A stretch of DNA of 64,000 nt from an uncultured bacterium (GTDB lineage Bacteria; Babelota; Babeliae; Babelales; Vermiphilaceae), in assembly GCA_963695335.1 (NCBI GenBank), contig OY968764.1, forward strand, positions 320,001 through 384,000, in the 5' to 3' direction. Positions 9,923-19,678 of this stretch are shown one piece after another. The notes under the pieces were generated by a model. That model ran no database searches. It worked only from the letters and a program-made list of their open reading frames with translations, and was not told where the DNA came from. Position 1 is the first letter of the stretch. Every line of letters starts with the position of its first letter. The translations under genes and the position numbers were made by a program.

Positions 9923-10852
9923 ATGAATAGCGCATCTACGATTGCTAACGGATTGTTAGCAATATCTTTTTTAATGAATGTTGTGTATGTATCTGGCATG
10001 GAGATAGAGAAACAAGAGATTATAATACCACCATTGCCATATGATTTGGCACTATCAATCATTCATGTAAATAAACCTTTGGAAGATGTTGTTAAGGCTA
10101 CATTGGCATTGCGTTCTACTTGCAGATATTTTAATGCAAATATATTGCCTGTTGAGATTGGTAAATCTTGTAAACACTATGATATTGCAGAAAAAAATAA
10201 GGTGATGGAAAAATTGTTATGTAGCATGAATGATTTTAATTATTGGAATAAACGTCAAGCAGCTTTTTTATTAACTTACGCTGGCGCGGATAATCAGGCA
10301 TGTGGTTATTATTCTTTATTATGTAGGGCAATACATCGAAAAGATAAAGAGATGCTTATTGCGTTATTTGAAAATAATACTGATCCAAATCAAAGAAGAT
10401 CGATGCATACGGAACCAGATTGGTTTCAAATTAAAGATATTGATATTGCAAAGATGTTTATTACTAAAGGCATTGATATTAATGCAGAAGGTGATAGAAG
10501 TCATCCAAATATTTTATGGTTTACCCTTTTACATAATTCTTTACCGAAATTTATACAATTTTATTTACAAAATAAGGTTGATGTGAAAAAAAGAAATGTT
10601 GATGATTGGTGTATATTGCATAAATTTGTTAGTTGTTCATGGAATTGTCTTGCCCGAGAAGATTATATAAAAATTGGTGAGTTGTTGTGCAATGCCGCTC
10701 CTGAACTGATTAATGCGAAAGATAAAAAAGGACAGACCCCCCTTGGTTTGGCCTATGAAAGATTAAATAGAAATAACATAAGCAAGAGTGAAAAGAAGAC
10801 GTTCAATGCTATTATTGTATTGCTCGAAAAGCATGGTGGCAAAAGGTCTTAG
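9923..10852 (+). CDS. Exported ankyrin-repeat protein with an N-terminal F-box-like segment
   Basis: Signal peptide then MEIE; LPYDLALSII...LRSTCRYF; ankyrin-like GIDINAEG and INAKDKKGQTPLGLA. Confidence 0.7.
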   Translation: MNSASTIANGLLAISFLMNVVYVSGMEIEKQEIIIPPLPYDLALSIIHVNKPLEDVVKATLALRSTCRYFNANILPVEIGKSCKHYDIAEKNKVMEKLLCSMNDFNYWNKRQAAFLLTYAGADNQACGYYSLLCRAIHRKDKEMLIALFENNTDPNQRRSMHTEPDWFQIKDIDIAKMFITKGIDINAEGDRSHPNILWFTLLHNSLPKFIQFYLQNKVDVKKRNVDDWCILHKFVSCSWNCLAREDYIKIGELLCNAAPELINAKDKKGQTPLGLAYERLNRNNISKSEKKTFNAIIVLLEKHGGKRS

Positions 10853-10879
10853 AAATGTTTAAAAAACAAAGGAGAGATT

Positions 10880-11248
10880 GTGATGATGAGAAAAATAATT
10901 TTGTTACCAGTAATGTTGTTGGTATCTCATGGTATTACTTTGAGTATGATGCACACAAAAAAAATAATGAAAGATGTGTCGCGTAAGCAATTGAATCGAA
11001 GAGCATTGTATACTGGATTGCAAGATGATGTAAAAGATGCTGCACATTTGAGAAATGTGAGCACACCAAGTAATTTGATGGATAAGTGGGATAAGCAACT
11101 GATACGTGAAGCTTACATAGATGCTATTTATAAAGAAGCGCAAATGCGGACTATGTGTGAAATTGCTGCTCATCCTAATTTAGATCATTTTCAAAAAAGA
11201 GCTTTACGCGATCAAGTGCCTCATGTGGTAAAAGAAAATAAAGAATAA
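10880..11248 (+). CDS. Hypothetical exported protein
   Basis: AGGAG RBS, signal peptide then M, terminator downstream. Confidence 0.7.
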   Translation: MMMRKIILLPVMLLVSHGITLSMMHTKKIMKDVSRKQLNRRALYTGLQDDVKDAAHLRNVSTPSNLMDKWDKQLIREAYIDAIYKEAQMRTMCEIAAHPNLDHFQKRALRDQVPHVVKENKE

Positions 11249-11270
11249 AATTATCATTTTTTTGATATGC

Positions 11271-11304
11271 AAAACCCGCCTCAGATAATTCTTTGGCGGG
11301 TTTT
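11271..11304. terminator. Bidirectional intrinsic terminator
   Basis: AAAACCCGCC...GGCGGGTTTT between convergent genes. Confidence 0.75.
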
Positions 11305-11305
11305 G

Positions 11306-12388
11306 TTATTTTTTTGAACGAGCTATTTTTTTAGTTTTTACTTTTTTTATATCTGACCTGAGTTCTGCTTCAATATCTTCTATAGTGGGTAAGCTTTTCT
11401 CTAATTTTTTAGGTAATTTTTCTACTATTTTTGTTACATATTCAGCCACGCCGATTGGTTTTTTAACATCGCGCAGAGCATATTCTACCTTGAGTTGATT
11501 TTTGCTTTTGCATAATAAGATGCCAATAGAAGGGTTATCAGTAGACTGTTTGAGTTGATCATCAATAGCTGAAAGATAGAAGTTTAATTTACCTGCATAT
11601 TCAGGTTTAAAATCAGTAGTTTTCAGTTCCACTACGCAATAACAACGTAAATGAATATGATAGAAAAGAAGATCAAGATAATAATCATCTCCTGCAATAT
11701 CTAAATGATATTGTCTGCCAATAAATGCAAATCCTTTACCAAGTTCTAAAAGTAATTTTTGAATGTGGTTAATTAAACCTTGTTCCAATTCTAGTTCACG
11801 GTATCCGGCCGTTAAGGTTAAAAAGTCAAAATTATAGGGATCTTTAAGCGTTTCTTGAGCAAGAAAAGATTGTGGTTCAGGGAATTGTTGTTTGAAATTT
11901 GTGATTGCTTTGCCATGTCTTTTATAAGCTTTTGACTTAATCCAATCTTCCAGGGCGGCTCTACTCAAACCATGTTGAATTGTCTGTTGGGCATACCACA
12001 GGCGTCCTTCTAAATCTTTGATTTTTGTGATGATTAAAATATTGTGGCCCCATGGGATATTAACGATTGGTAGCATGTTATCGAGTCCAACAGCCTGTTG
12101 GATTCTTGGATATGCAAGATAAAAAGAGCGCATATTGAATATATTTGCTCGTGAGAAACCTTGCATGCCGGGAAAGGCATTTTGAAGATCTTTGCAGAGC
12201 TTTTCTATAATTTGTGCTCGCCAGCCTTCTTCTTCTTGTTTTTCTACAATCGCTTTGCCAATATCCCAATACAGTTGAATAAGTTCTTTGTTGACAGCAA
12301 GAGATGCTTTCAGCTGCGCTTGTTGAACTTTCTTTTTGAGTTGTTCAAGAAATGATAGATAAGGAGAGAGAGTTGTTTTTTTAATCAT
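11306..12388 (-). CDS. yhcG: YhcG/DUF1016 PD-(D/E)XK nuclease-like protein
   Basis: LYWDIG, GFSRANI, IPWGHN, LKDPYNFDFL, LLELGKGFAFIGRQ, DLLFYH...VVELK, GKLNFYL. Confidence 0.92.
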   Translation of the reverse strand: MIKKTTLSPYLSFLEQLKKKVQQAQLKASLAVNKELIQLYWDIGKAIVEKQEEEGWRAQIIEKLCKDLQNAFPGMQGFSRANIFNMRSFYLAYPRIQQAVGLDNMLPIVNIPWGHNILIITKIKDLEGRLWYAQQTIQHGLSRAALEDWIKSKAYKRHGKAITNFKQQFPEPQSFLAQETLKDPYNFDFLTLTAGYRELELEQGLINHIQKLLLELGKGFAFIGRQYHLDIAGDDYYLDLLFYHIHLRCYCVVELKTTDFKPEYAGKLNFYLSAIDDQLKQSTDNPSIGILLCKSKNQLKVEYALRDVKKPIGVAEYVTKIVEKLPKKLEKSLPTIEDIEAELRSDIKKVKTKKIARSKK

Positions 12389-12390
12389 TG

Positions 12391-13185
12391 TTATTCTTTA
12401 TCTTTAAAATAAGCAATTTCAGTTGTGATTGGCCCTTTAGTTAACCCACGAATAAATTGGTAAATATATGGATTATCTGATTCCCATATTGTCTTTGCAT
12501 CACCAAAGTATCTGATTTCGCCATCATGCAGTAGTGCAACTTTATCTGCATATTTGAATGTTTCAATATCATGAGAAATAATAACAGAGGTTATTTTGAG
12601 GCGTTTTTGCATATCAAACATAAGTTCATGAATAACGCGGGAAGTGATAGGGTCAAGGCCTGTTGTGGGTTCATCGTAGAGAATAATTTCAGGGTTAGTA
12701 ACTAATGTGCGTGCTAAACCAACGCGTTTGCGCATACCACCAGAAAGTTCTGAAGGATATTTATGTAATGTATCTTCTGGAAGTTGTACGAGTGATAATT
12801 TTTCTTTAACAATTGGCAAAACCTCTTCATATGACATTCCTTGTTCAATGAGTGTGATGCCAATGTTTTCAAAAACATCTAAAGAATCAAGAAGTGCTGC
12901 AAACTGGAATACGTAACCAAATTTTTTGTAACATTCATCAAGTTCGCTATCTTTGAGTGTTGTGATATCAAGGCCATCAACAAGTATATGGCCTTTTGTT
13001 GGTTTGATCAGGCCAATGATTTGCTTAAGTAAAACTGATTTACCTTCACCAGATCGGCCAATAATAACGGTCATGAGACCTTCTGGAATTTCAAGATTTA
13101 CTCCACGAGAAACCCAGTGATCATCAAATTTTTTATAAAGATCAACAACTTTAATTTTGGTTTTATGACCGTTTTCTTTTTTCAT
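12391..13185 (-). CDS. mlaF: MlaF-type ABC transporter ATP-binding protein
   Basis: GRSGEGKS, VFQFAALLDSL, PSELSGGMRKRVGLAR, YDEPTTGLDP; follows mlaE. Confidence 0.88.
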   Translation of the reverse strand: MKKENGHKTKIKVVDLYKKFDDHWVSRGVNLEIPEGLMTVIIGRSGEGKSVLLKQIIGLIKPTKGHILVDGLDITTLKDSELDECYKKFGYVFQFAALLDSLDVFENIGITLIEQGMSYEEVLPIVKEKLSLVQLPEDTLHKYPSELSGGMRKRVGLARTLVTNPEIILYDEPTTGLDPITSRVIHELMFDMQKRLKITSVIISHDIETFKYADKVALLHDGEIRYFGDAKTIWESDNPYIYQFIRGLTKGPITTEIAYFKDKE

Positions 13186-13195
13186 AGGATGATCT

Positions 13196-13975
13196 TTACA
13201 TGTGCTCGATGAGTTTGGTTAAGAAGTAATTGGTGACTAATATAAGTATTGAACTGATCACAACGCTTTGTGTTGTTGCGGTACCAACACCACGCGCACC
13301 GCCTTGCGTGTACATTCCCTTGTATGTTCCAACCCATGAAAGAATTAAACCAAATACTGCAGCTTTTTTTAAACCACCTTTAATATCAGTTAGTTCAACA
13401 TAATTACGAATACTACTTTCATAATCTTCTGGGCTTAATTCTAAGACATGCACACATACTATGTAACCACCAACAATGCCAAAAAACATACAAAACAATG
13501 ATAAAAATGGCAAAATAAATGTACTTGCAATCATTCGTGGAACAACAAGATACTGGAATACATTAATGCGGAGTGTTGTTAATGCATCAACTTGTTCGGT
13601 GATGATCATAGTTCCAATTTCAGCGGTTATAGCGGATCCTGCACGCCCGGTTACCATGAGTGCTGTCAGCACTGGCCCAAGCTCACGGATAAGACCAAGT
13701 GCAACAATTGCGCCAATAAATTGTTCTCCACCAACACGTTGGAACCCAATATACGTTTGTAGGGCAAGTACCATTCCGGTGAATAAACCAGTTAATAAAA
13801 CAATGCTGAGTGATTCAACGCCGATACGATTTATTTGAACAAAAGTTTTTGAAATTTTTAATTTTGAAGTAGCAGCGGTTTTGATTGCGTGCAGAAAAAA
13901 AAGGGTAAATTCACCCGTATATGTGCATATATCTAAGGTTGATTTACCCAAAAAATTAATAAATCGAATTAACAC
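13196..13975 (-). CDS. mlaE: MlaE-family ABC permease
   Basis: IRELGPVLTALMVTGRAGSAITAEIGTM, EQVDAL, GARGVGTATTQSVV. Confidence 0.92.
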   Translation of the reverse strand: MLIRFINFLGKSTLDICTYTGEFTLFFLHAIKTAATSKLKISKTFVQINRIGVESLSIVLLTGLFTGMVLALQTYIGFQRVGGEQFIGAIVALGLIRELGPVLTALMVTGRAGSAITAEIGTMIITEQVDALTTLRINVFQYLVVPRMIASTFILPFLSLFCMFFGIVGGYIVCVHVLELSPEDYESSIRNYVELTDIKGGLKKAAVFGLILSWVGTYKGMYTQGGARGVGTATTQSVVISSILILVTNYFLTKLIEHM

Positions 13976-13996
13976 ACTCGATCCTTTTTTATTTAG

Positions 13997-14062
13997 GCGC
14001 TCACCCTGAACTTGTTGAAGGGTTAAGCGCTTTAATTCTTTGACAAGCTCAGAATGAGCGCT
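13997..14062. repeat. Family A palindromic repeat (uninterrupted)
   Basis: GCGCTCACCCTGAACTTGTTGAAGGGTTAAGCGCTTTAATTCTTTGACAAGCTCAGAATGAGCGC; near-identical to 19501-19566. Confidence 0.88.
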
Positions 14063-14380
14063 TTAATCCATATCTTCCGGCATAGAATTTTGTTGAGGCA
14101 TTTGCTGTGTGATCATTCTATTAGGAGCTAAATATTTAAATTTTTTATATTCAGATGATTTCATGAGAGATAAGAACATTGCCCCAAGTATAAAAATGGA
14201 ACCAAGAATCCAGGTGATTTTTTGGAAGATATCTTGACCTCCGCTACCACCAAAAATCATTTGCGCTCCACCGCCAAGACCACCAAATCCTAAGCTACTT
14301 TTACCTTTTTGCATGAGAATAATAATAACCAGCAAGAAGCAATTGATTAAGTATAATGTGAGTAAAAATCCGTACAACAT
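14063..14380 (-). CDS. secG: Preprotein translocase SecG
   Basis: ILMQKGK...GFGGLGGGAQMIFGGSG...FQKITW; two TMs. Confidence 0.92.
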   Translation of the reverse strand: MLYGFLLTLYLINCFLLVIIILMQKGKSSLGFGGLGGGAQMIFGGSGGQDIFQKITWILGSIFILGAMFLSLMKSSEYKKFKYLAPNRMITQQMPQQNSMPEDMD

Positions 14381-14592
14381 TTGTTTTCCTTCTTAATTGA
14401 TCGGTTGTTATGGTGAGTATAGCATGTTTAAAATTTTTATAAAATGAGAGTAAAAGTTCACTCTGTAAACAGTTTATAGATTTAGGTGTGTAAAGTTGAT
14501 AATATGGTTGTTGTTTATTTATGCAAAAAAGAAATAAATAGCGCAAGTAAGTTTTACACAACACGTAACAAAGGGTTTTTGTGATACACAAT

Positions 14593-15441
14593 ATGAAATT
14601 TTTCATAATAGTTATATTGAGTTTTTCTGTTCCAGTTCAGGCTATGAAAAGACTGAGAGAAGCAGAAGGTAAAGATTGGGATAATAAATTAAGTTTTTGG
14701 GATGATTGTACTGCTGGAAGAGAGTATAAAATGAGTCTTAGTCAGGCATATTTTTTACCCGAAAAAGATCAGAACCGTTTTAGAATTTTCAGCGATTATT
14801 TACTTTGGGCAAAAAGAATGAATAATGATGCAGGTGTGATAAAAGATGTAACCGATCGTATTTTGCGGTATTCCAATGCGTTTATTATTTTATCGGATAA
14901 GCCATTTATAGATGCAGTTAAAAAGTTGGATATTAATGAGTCAGATGTTTTATATTTAAGTAAAGGTCAAAGACAGGGTTTGTGGTATGTATGCAATAAC
15001 CTTCATGAGGATGTTATTACGATACATCAACCAGCAGAGTTTTCACAAAAAATGGTTCAAAATATTATGAGCTTGCCTATACCAATTAAAAATAAAATTT
15101 CTGAAAAATATGGCAAGACAATACATGCTACGACAAAACACAAATTGCTTTGTGGAGCTTTGTGTTTGGATGATAAAGACAATAGATGTAAATGTATAAA
15201 AGCTATTATGTGTTGCTCAAGCCCTCTTCTTGCTGTTGTGATGGATCTGTTGGTGAAGTTTCCTCTTTTTACATCTGTGCTCTTAGGTTGTAGTACTTAT
15301 GTATACAAAGAAGATCTATATGCAGCATGTAATTCTAATCTTTCTATATTTTGTGAAACATCTGAACAGGCAGAGGAACGGCTTAGATTAGTAGAAATTC
15401 CTTTATTACAAGAAATAGAATGTGAGATTGCTGAGATATAA
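14593..15441 (+). CDS. Hypothetical exported protein with a Cys-rich C-terminal TM region
   Basis: Start moved to MKFFII; signal peptide VQA then MKR; CKCIKAIMCCS next to a hydrophobic stretch. Confidence 0.7.
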   Translation: MKFFIIVILSFSVPVQAMKRLREAEGKDWDNKLSFWDDCTAGREYKMSLSQAYFLPEKDQNRFRIFSDYLLWAKRMNNDAGVIKDVTDRILRYSNAFIILSDKPFIDAVKKLDINESDVLYLSKGQRQGLWYVCNNLHEDVITIHQPAEFSQKMVQNIMSLPIPIKNKISEKYGKTIHATTKHKLLCGALCLDDKDNRCKCIKAIMCCSSPLLAVVMDLLVKFPLFTSVLLGCSTYVYKEDLYAACNSNLSIFCETSEQAEERLRLVEIPLLQEIECEIAEI

Positions 15442-15479
15442 TAGAGAAGAGACTTACCATTACTGAGGAGGGTTGTGCA

Positions 15480-16538
15480 ATGAAGCTGAAAAGACTCTTT
15501 TTATATGGCTACTTGGGATGTTATTTCTTTGGTTCATTTTCTATGGAAAACAGCGCTGCTCAAAAAAAGATTGATGATGAAGTTGCGCGTGTTTGTGAAC
15601 TGATTGAGCAAAACCATTTAAACAAATATCAAGAATATTGGCCGGTTGTTAGACGCTATTATCTTTATTGTGATGCTATTTCTTTAAATAAAAATCAAGT
15701 TGCGGGTGAAATTAGTATCATAGAATACTATATGATGAATGATGACAATAAAGAGCGTGTGTTGGAAAAACTTGTAGAAAAACATTGGTACGTGGCTCTT
15801 TTGATGAATATGTCAGTAGATAAAACAATAGCAAAAATTAATAGAGTAAGAGGTTCTAAGATTGATGAGCGCTGTGATCAATGTGTAAAGACATTGTTTG
15901 AAGGCACTGATGTCAGAGTTGCAGACGGTATGATATATAATCGTGTTATTGAACATTTTTATAATGAATTAGATGGTTTTAATACATCTTTGGAGAGTAT
16001 TCCGCAGGAATTGCGGAGCATATATTTTACGGTTTTAAGAGGGGCTGATCAGATAGCATCATCTTCTTTAGCTTTATCAACTGATGGTCAATATGTGTGT
16101 GCAACTGACTATCACAATGTTGATACAATATGGAATACAACATCAGGTGAAGTTATTACAGATAAGATTGATAAGGTAGTGTGGATTCCCGCCGAAAGAG
16201 ATAAAGATTGGTGGGGATATGAACAATCAGGAGAAAAATATTCTGTTGCTGCGGGACCTTGTCATGTCACAATAAAAAATTTGCCAATATTAGATATGAT
16301 GCAACAGTCTTCTTGTCATATTGGTTGTGATACTAAAATGATAACTTTATTTAAAAAACCAGATATCGCATTATATTTTTATCAAAAGGCATTTGAGAAC
16401 AGTAAAAATAGTTTGGCAGAACTAATTGCTTTGCGTGATTCAAAACATCTTGCTGAAATGAGAGGTTTTTCCAAGGAAAATCTTAAACAATGTATTGCAA
16501 AACAAATATGTGAATTAACTGCAACAACTACACAATAA
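15480..16538 (+). CDS. Hypothetical exported protein, paralogue of 17532-18680, one WD40-like blade
   Basis: GAGGAGG RBS; signal peptide then MEN; SLALSTDGQYV...IWNTTSGE. Confidence 0.75.
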   Translation: MKLKRLFLYGYLGCYFFGSFSMENSAAQKKIDDEVARVCELIEQNHLNKYQEYWPVVRRYYLYCDAISLNKNQVAGEISIIEYYMMNDDNKERVLEKLVEKHWYVALLMNMSVDKTIAKINRVRGSKIDERCDQCVKTLFEGTDVRVADGMIYNRVIEHFYNELDGFNTSLESIPQELRSIYFTVLRGADQIASSSLALSTDGQYVCATDYHNVDTIWNTTSGEVITDKIDKVVWIPAERDKDWWGYEQSGEKYSVAAGPCHVTIKNLPILDMMQQSSCHIGCDTKMITLFKKPDIALYFYQKAFENSKNSLAELIALRDSKHLAEMRGFSKENLKQCIAKQICELTATTTQ

Positions 16539-17271
16539 TATTTTTAAACTGCTCAAATTGTGTACTTGCACCGCCTATCAAAAAACCATTGATATGCGGT
16601 GTTTTTTTTAATGAACTGATATTATTTTTATTAACGCTGCCACCATATAATAGTTGAATATCATAATCAGGCAGCTGTGTATGAACAAAATCAGAAAGCC
16701 ATGCAAAAAGAGCATTGAGCTGTTGTTGTTCGGGAATAATACCTGTTCCGATTGACCACACTGGTTCGTATGCAAACATAATTTTTTTTATTTTTTCTGT
16801 CTGTTGTTTGATGGCATTAATTATTGGAAATAGTTGCTCAGTTAAAATGTTAAACGTTTTATTGTTGATAAAATCTTGGTGCGTTTCACCAATACAGATG
16901 ATAGGAATAATATTGGTTGCGTATAAAAGGTATATTTTTTTGATGATTTGTTCTGTTGTTTCATTGTAATATGTGCGACGTTCACTATGACCAACAATGC
17001 AATGGGTTACTCCAATTTCTGCAAGAGATATAGCAGAAACTTCACCAGTATATGCTCCTGTTGCATATTCCGAGCAGTTTTGTGCACCAATCATAATATT
17101 TGTATTTTCGAGGACATTGCTCATTGTTGCAAGAGCATCAAATGAAGGGCATAGGATAATATTTGCATGAGATGTAATTTGTTGCAGCGCATCTTTATTC
17201 TGTATGCAGAAAGCGATGCTGTGATTAAAAGAGAGGTTCATTTTCCAATTTGCTACGTATGTATATTTCAT
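16528..17271 (-). CDS. tpiA: Triosephosphate isomerase
   Basis: ANWKMN, GAQN, GAYTGEVS, VGHSERR, AYEPVWSIGTG, LYGGSV, GFLIGGAS. Start moved to MKYTY because the MSKHTN extension is repeat-derived. Confidence 0.96.
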   Translation of the reverse strand: MKYTYVANWKMNLSFNHSIAFCIQNKDALQQITSHANIILCPSFDALATMSNVLENTNIMIGAQNCSEYATGAYTGEVSAISLAEIGVTHCIVGHSERRTYYNETTEQIIKKIYLLYATNIIPIICIGETHQDFINNKTFNILTEQLFPIINAIKQQTEKIKKIMFAYEPVWSIGTGIIPEQQQLNALFAWLSDFVHTQLPDYDIQLLYGGSVNKNNISSLKKTPHINGFLIGGASTQFEQFKNIIV

Positions 17272-17285
17272 AATTATTTTTTTTG

Positions 17286-17432
17286 AGTTCGTATGCTTCG
17301 ACAAGCTTCCTCCTTCGTTAAAACTTCGGAGGACACAGCACCACGAACGGGTTTATAATTTTTATATTTTATTCGCATTGCCTGTCCTACGAAGCCTTGG
17401 CGTAGTAGGAAGCATGTCGAAATGAGCGAACA
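17286..17432. repeat. Pair of family A arms, each interrupted by a family C element
   Basis: Inserts at 17308-17338 and 17381-17410; the uninterrupted equivalent is at 47714-47798. Confidence 0.88.
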
Positions 17433-17531
17433 GTTTTTGCTTTTGATGTTATCATGAATGTTTTTGTAAGATCTATATATTTATGGTATAAAAAACCAAC
17501 GGTTTAATTTTTGCTGAAGGAGCGTTATTGT

Positions 17532-18680
17532 ATGGAAGTCATAAAAAGTTTTTCTTTGTGTATTGTGTTATTGAGTTCATTTACTATTTTTCCCATGGAA
17601 CATGAATGTCTTGCTGAAGTAGGAAATATAGCTATTGAAAATCCAATGTTTGGTAGTGTTGTTCAAGATAATATTTTGCAGAAAATTTGGGATAAGATTG
17701 ATAGAGATTATGTAAAAGTTGGCGATAGTGTAATGAACCGTTATCCATACCTAAGACCATTGGTGGGTTCAGCATTAAGTTTGTGTAGAGCGTATTGTAT
17801 TACTCCAGAACAAGCAAAAAATGTGTTGTGGAAGATAGAAACAGATGTTGCATTAGAGATTAATGATAAAAAATATGGAAAAAGTATATTGAATGAACTT
17901 GCTGTTGGTCATTGGTATGTGCAATATCTTATGCAAGTTTTAGCAGATCGAGCTGTTTGTACATTGGAGGGTGTAACTGGTTTAAACATTGATGCATTGC
18001 ATCATAATACTCATGAAGAACTTGTACAAGAAATTGCTTTTTCTAAAGCTCGCACAACAGTTTTTGATAAAAATCTTGGTCAAAAACTGATAGATATTGT
18101 TCCACAGACTATATCAGATATACATTTTACTGTTTTATATCATCCGCATGGTAATGTGAATCCGGATTCTTTACAGATGTCTGATGATGATAAATATTTG
18201 CAAGCAAAAGCTGATAACGGTGTTTTTGCAGTGTGGGAAATGCACACAGGGGAGATTATTAAAGCAAGTCAGATTGATGTAAAGCAATGGAACCGTGTAA
18301 AAACAAGTTATATTGATGATAATCATCAAAAACGATCTTTGTTTGGAGTGTATGCTTGTGAATCTGTAGAAAGATATAGAGTTGTTGATACAAATGATAA
18401 CTATTGTGCCATGATGAGTGATGCTTATACGAGTATTGATTCAGAATTTTTACCTAAAGAAGCGCAAAATAATCCTCAAGCAATCATTGTATTTAAAAGG
18501 CCTCAAGAAGTGTCATATCTTTGCCAAAAAGCTTTTGATAACAGTTATACGAGTATTAAAGCATTACAAACTCTGCGTGATTCAGCAGCAATGGAAGCCA
18601 TTACAGGATTTCCGCGAAAAAACCTTAAAAGAGTTATTGATAATCGTATAAAGGCACTTGAAGTTCCTGTTATCAAGTAA
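17532..18680 (+). CDS. Hypothetical exported protein, paralogue of 15480-16538
   Basis: AAGGAG RBS before MEVIK; signal peptide then MEH; shares HWYV..LM, I.FTVL, QKAF.NS, LRDS, GF...NLK. Confidence 0.75.
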   Translation: MEVIKSFSLCIVLLSSFTIFPMEHECLAEVGNIAIENPMFGSVVQDNILQKIWDKIDRDYVKVGDSVMNRYPYLRPLVGSALSLCRAYCITPEQAKNVLWKIETDVALEINDKKYGKSILNELAVGHWYVQYLMQVLADRAVCTLEGVTGLNIDALHHNTHEELVQEIAFSKARTTVFDKNLGQKLIDIVPQTISDIHFTVLYHPHGNVNPDSLQMSDDDKYLQAKADNGVFAVWEMHTGEIIKASQIDVKQWNRVKTSYIDDNHQKRSLFGVYACESVERYRVVDTNDNYCAMMSDAYTSIDSEFLPKEAQNNPQAIIVFKRPQEVSYLCQKAFDNSYTSIKALQTLRDSAAMEAITGFPRKNLKRVIDNRIKALEVPVIK

Positions 18681-18703
18681 GACATAAACAATATTGATTT
18701 TCA

Positions 18704-18739
18704 TGCCATCAATCAAAAAATATTGATTGGTGGTTTTTT
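18704..18739 (+). terminator. Intrinsic terminator
   Basis: GCCATCAATCA...TGATTGGTGGT followed by a T tract. Confidence 0.6.
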
Positions 18740-18803
18740 CTTGATTATTAATAATCATTTTTAATGATACTATTATGAAGTTTTATAAAAGTATGTTTGT
18801 TAC

Positions 18804-19472
18804 ATGAACAGGAATATCGGTATGATAAGTAAAAAAGTGATTTGTTGTGCGTTATTATTATATATTTTCCCTGTCGCAGGATGTTTAAAGTTGATAGATC
18901 TTACAAAAAAGCCAATTGACATATCAAAACTTTCTTTAACTGAAAGAAAATTAAAATATGAACAAGATGTGGAAACTGTAAAAAAGACATTACATGAACG
19001 TCATAATACACGTCATATAACTGGTTTTAGTTCGTCTGGAACTACTTTTCTTTATTCTGTTTACACTGCAAAAACAGGTGTTGATTTTGATAATGCACTT
19101 ACGGCAAAGGGAGAACTTTTTATACAATTGTATACTCAAGAGCAGATAGAAGATTGCTCCGCTTTGAGTATAGTCATGTTGGCAGAATATGTATCATTTG
19201 CAGCAAAGAAAAAGTTTATACAAAAATTGTTGAGTGGAATCTATTATGATGAGCGTGATTATGTTTCTCAATATACATTTACGTCAACGCCAAAAGACAA
19301 AGAAATTGCGTTTTTTACAAAATATAAAGAGTGTGCTCCGTCAGTTATGCGAGATATAGTGCCTTATATGTATGATGATAATTTTATGCCAGACATACCA
19401 CAGGAGATAAAGAACTGTATAACAAAATTATTGTTCTGGCTTCAGTTTGATGCACAGGAATCATTGCTATAA
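18804..19472 (+). CDS. Hypothetical exported protein (possible lipobox), C-terminal IPQEIKNCI motif
   Basis: Hydrophobic leader ending VAGC; the real start may be MISKK at 18822. Confidence 0.65.
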   Translation: MNRNIGMISKKVICCALLLYIFPVAGCLKLIDLTKKPIDISKLSLTERKLKYEQDVETVKKTLHERHNTRHITGFSSSGTTFLYSVYTAKTGVDFDNALTAKGELFIQLYTQEQIEDCSALSIVMLAEYVSFAAKKKFIQKLLSGIYYDERDYVSQYTFTSTPKDKEIAFFTKYKECAPSVMRDIVPYMYDDNFMPDIPQEIKNCITKLLFWLQFDAQESLL

Positions 19473-19500
19473 AATCAGCTTTTGCATGATATTTTTTTTT

Positions 19501-19566
19501 GCGCTCACCCTGAACCTGTTGAAGGGTTAAGCGCTTTAATCCTTCGACAAGCTCAGGATGAGCGCG
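19501..19566. repeat. Family A palindromic repeat (uninterrupted)
   Basis: GCGCTCACCCTGAACCTGTTGAAGGGTTAAGCGCTTTAATCCTTCGACAAGCTCAGGATGAGCGC. Confidence 0.9.
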
Positions 19567-19678
19567 AGATCAAAAACAAGTAATTTTTATTTAATAAAAT
19601 TTACTTGTTTTTTTCATTTTAAATTATTTAGGATATGCCAACTATTTCTTTTACCTCTTATTAAAAAAAGGGTTTCTT

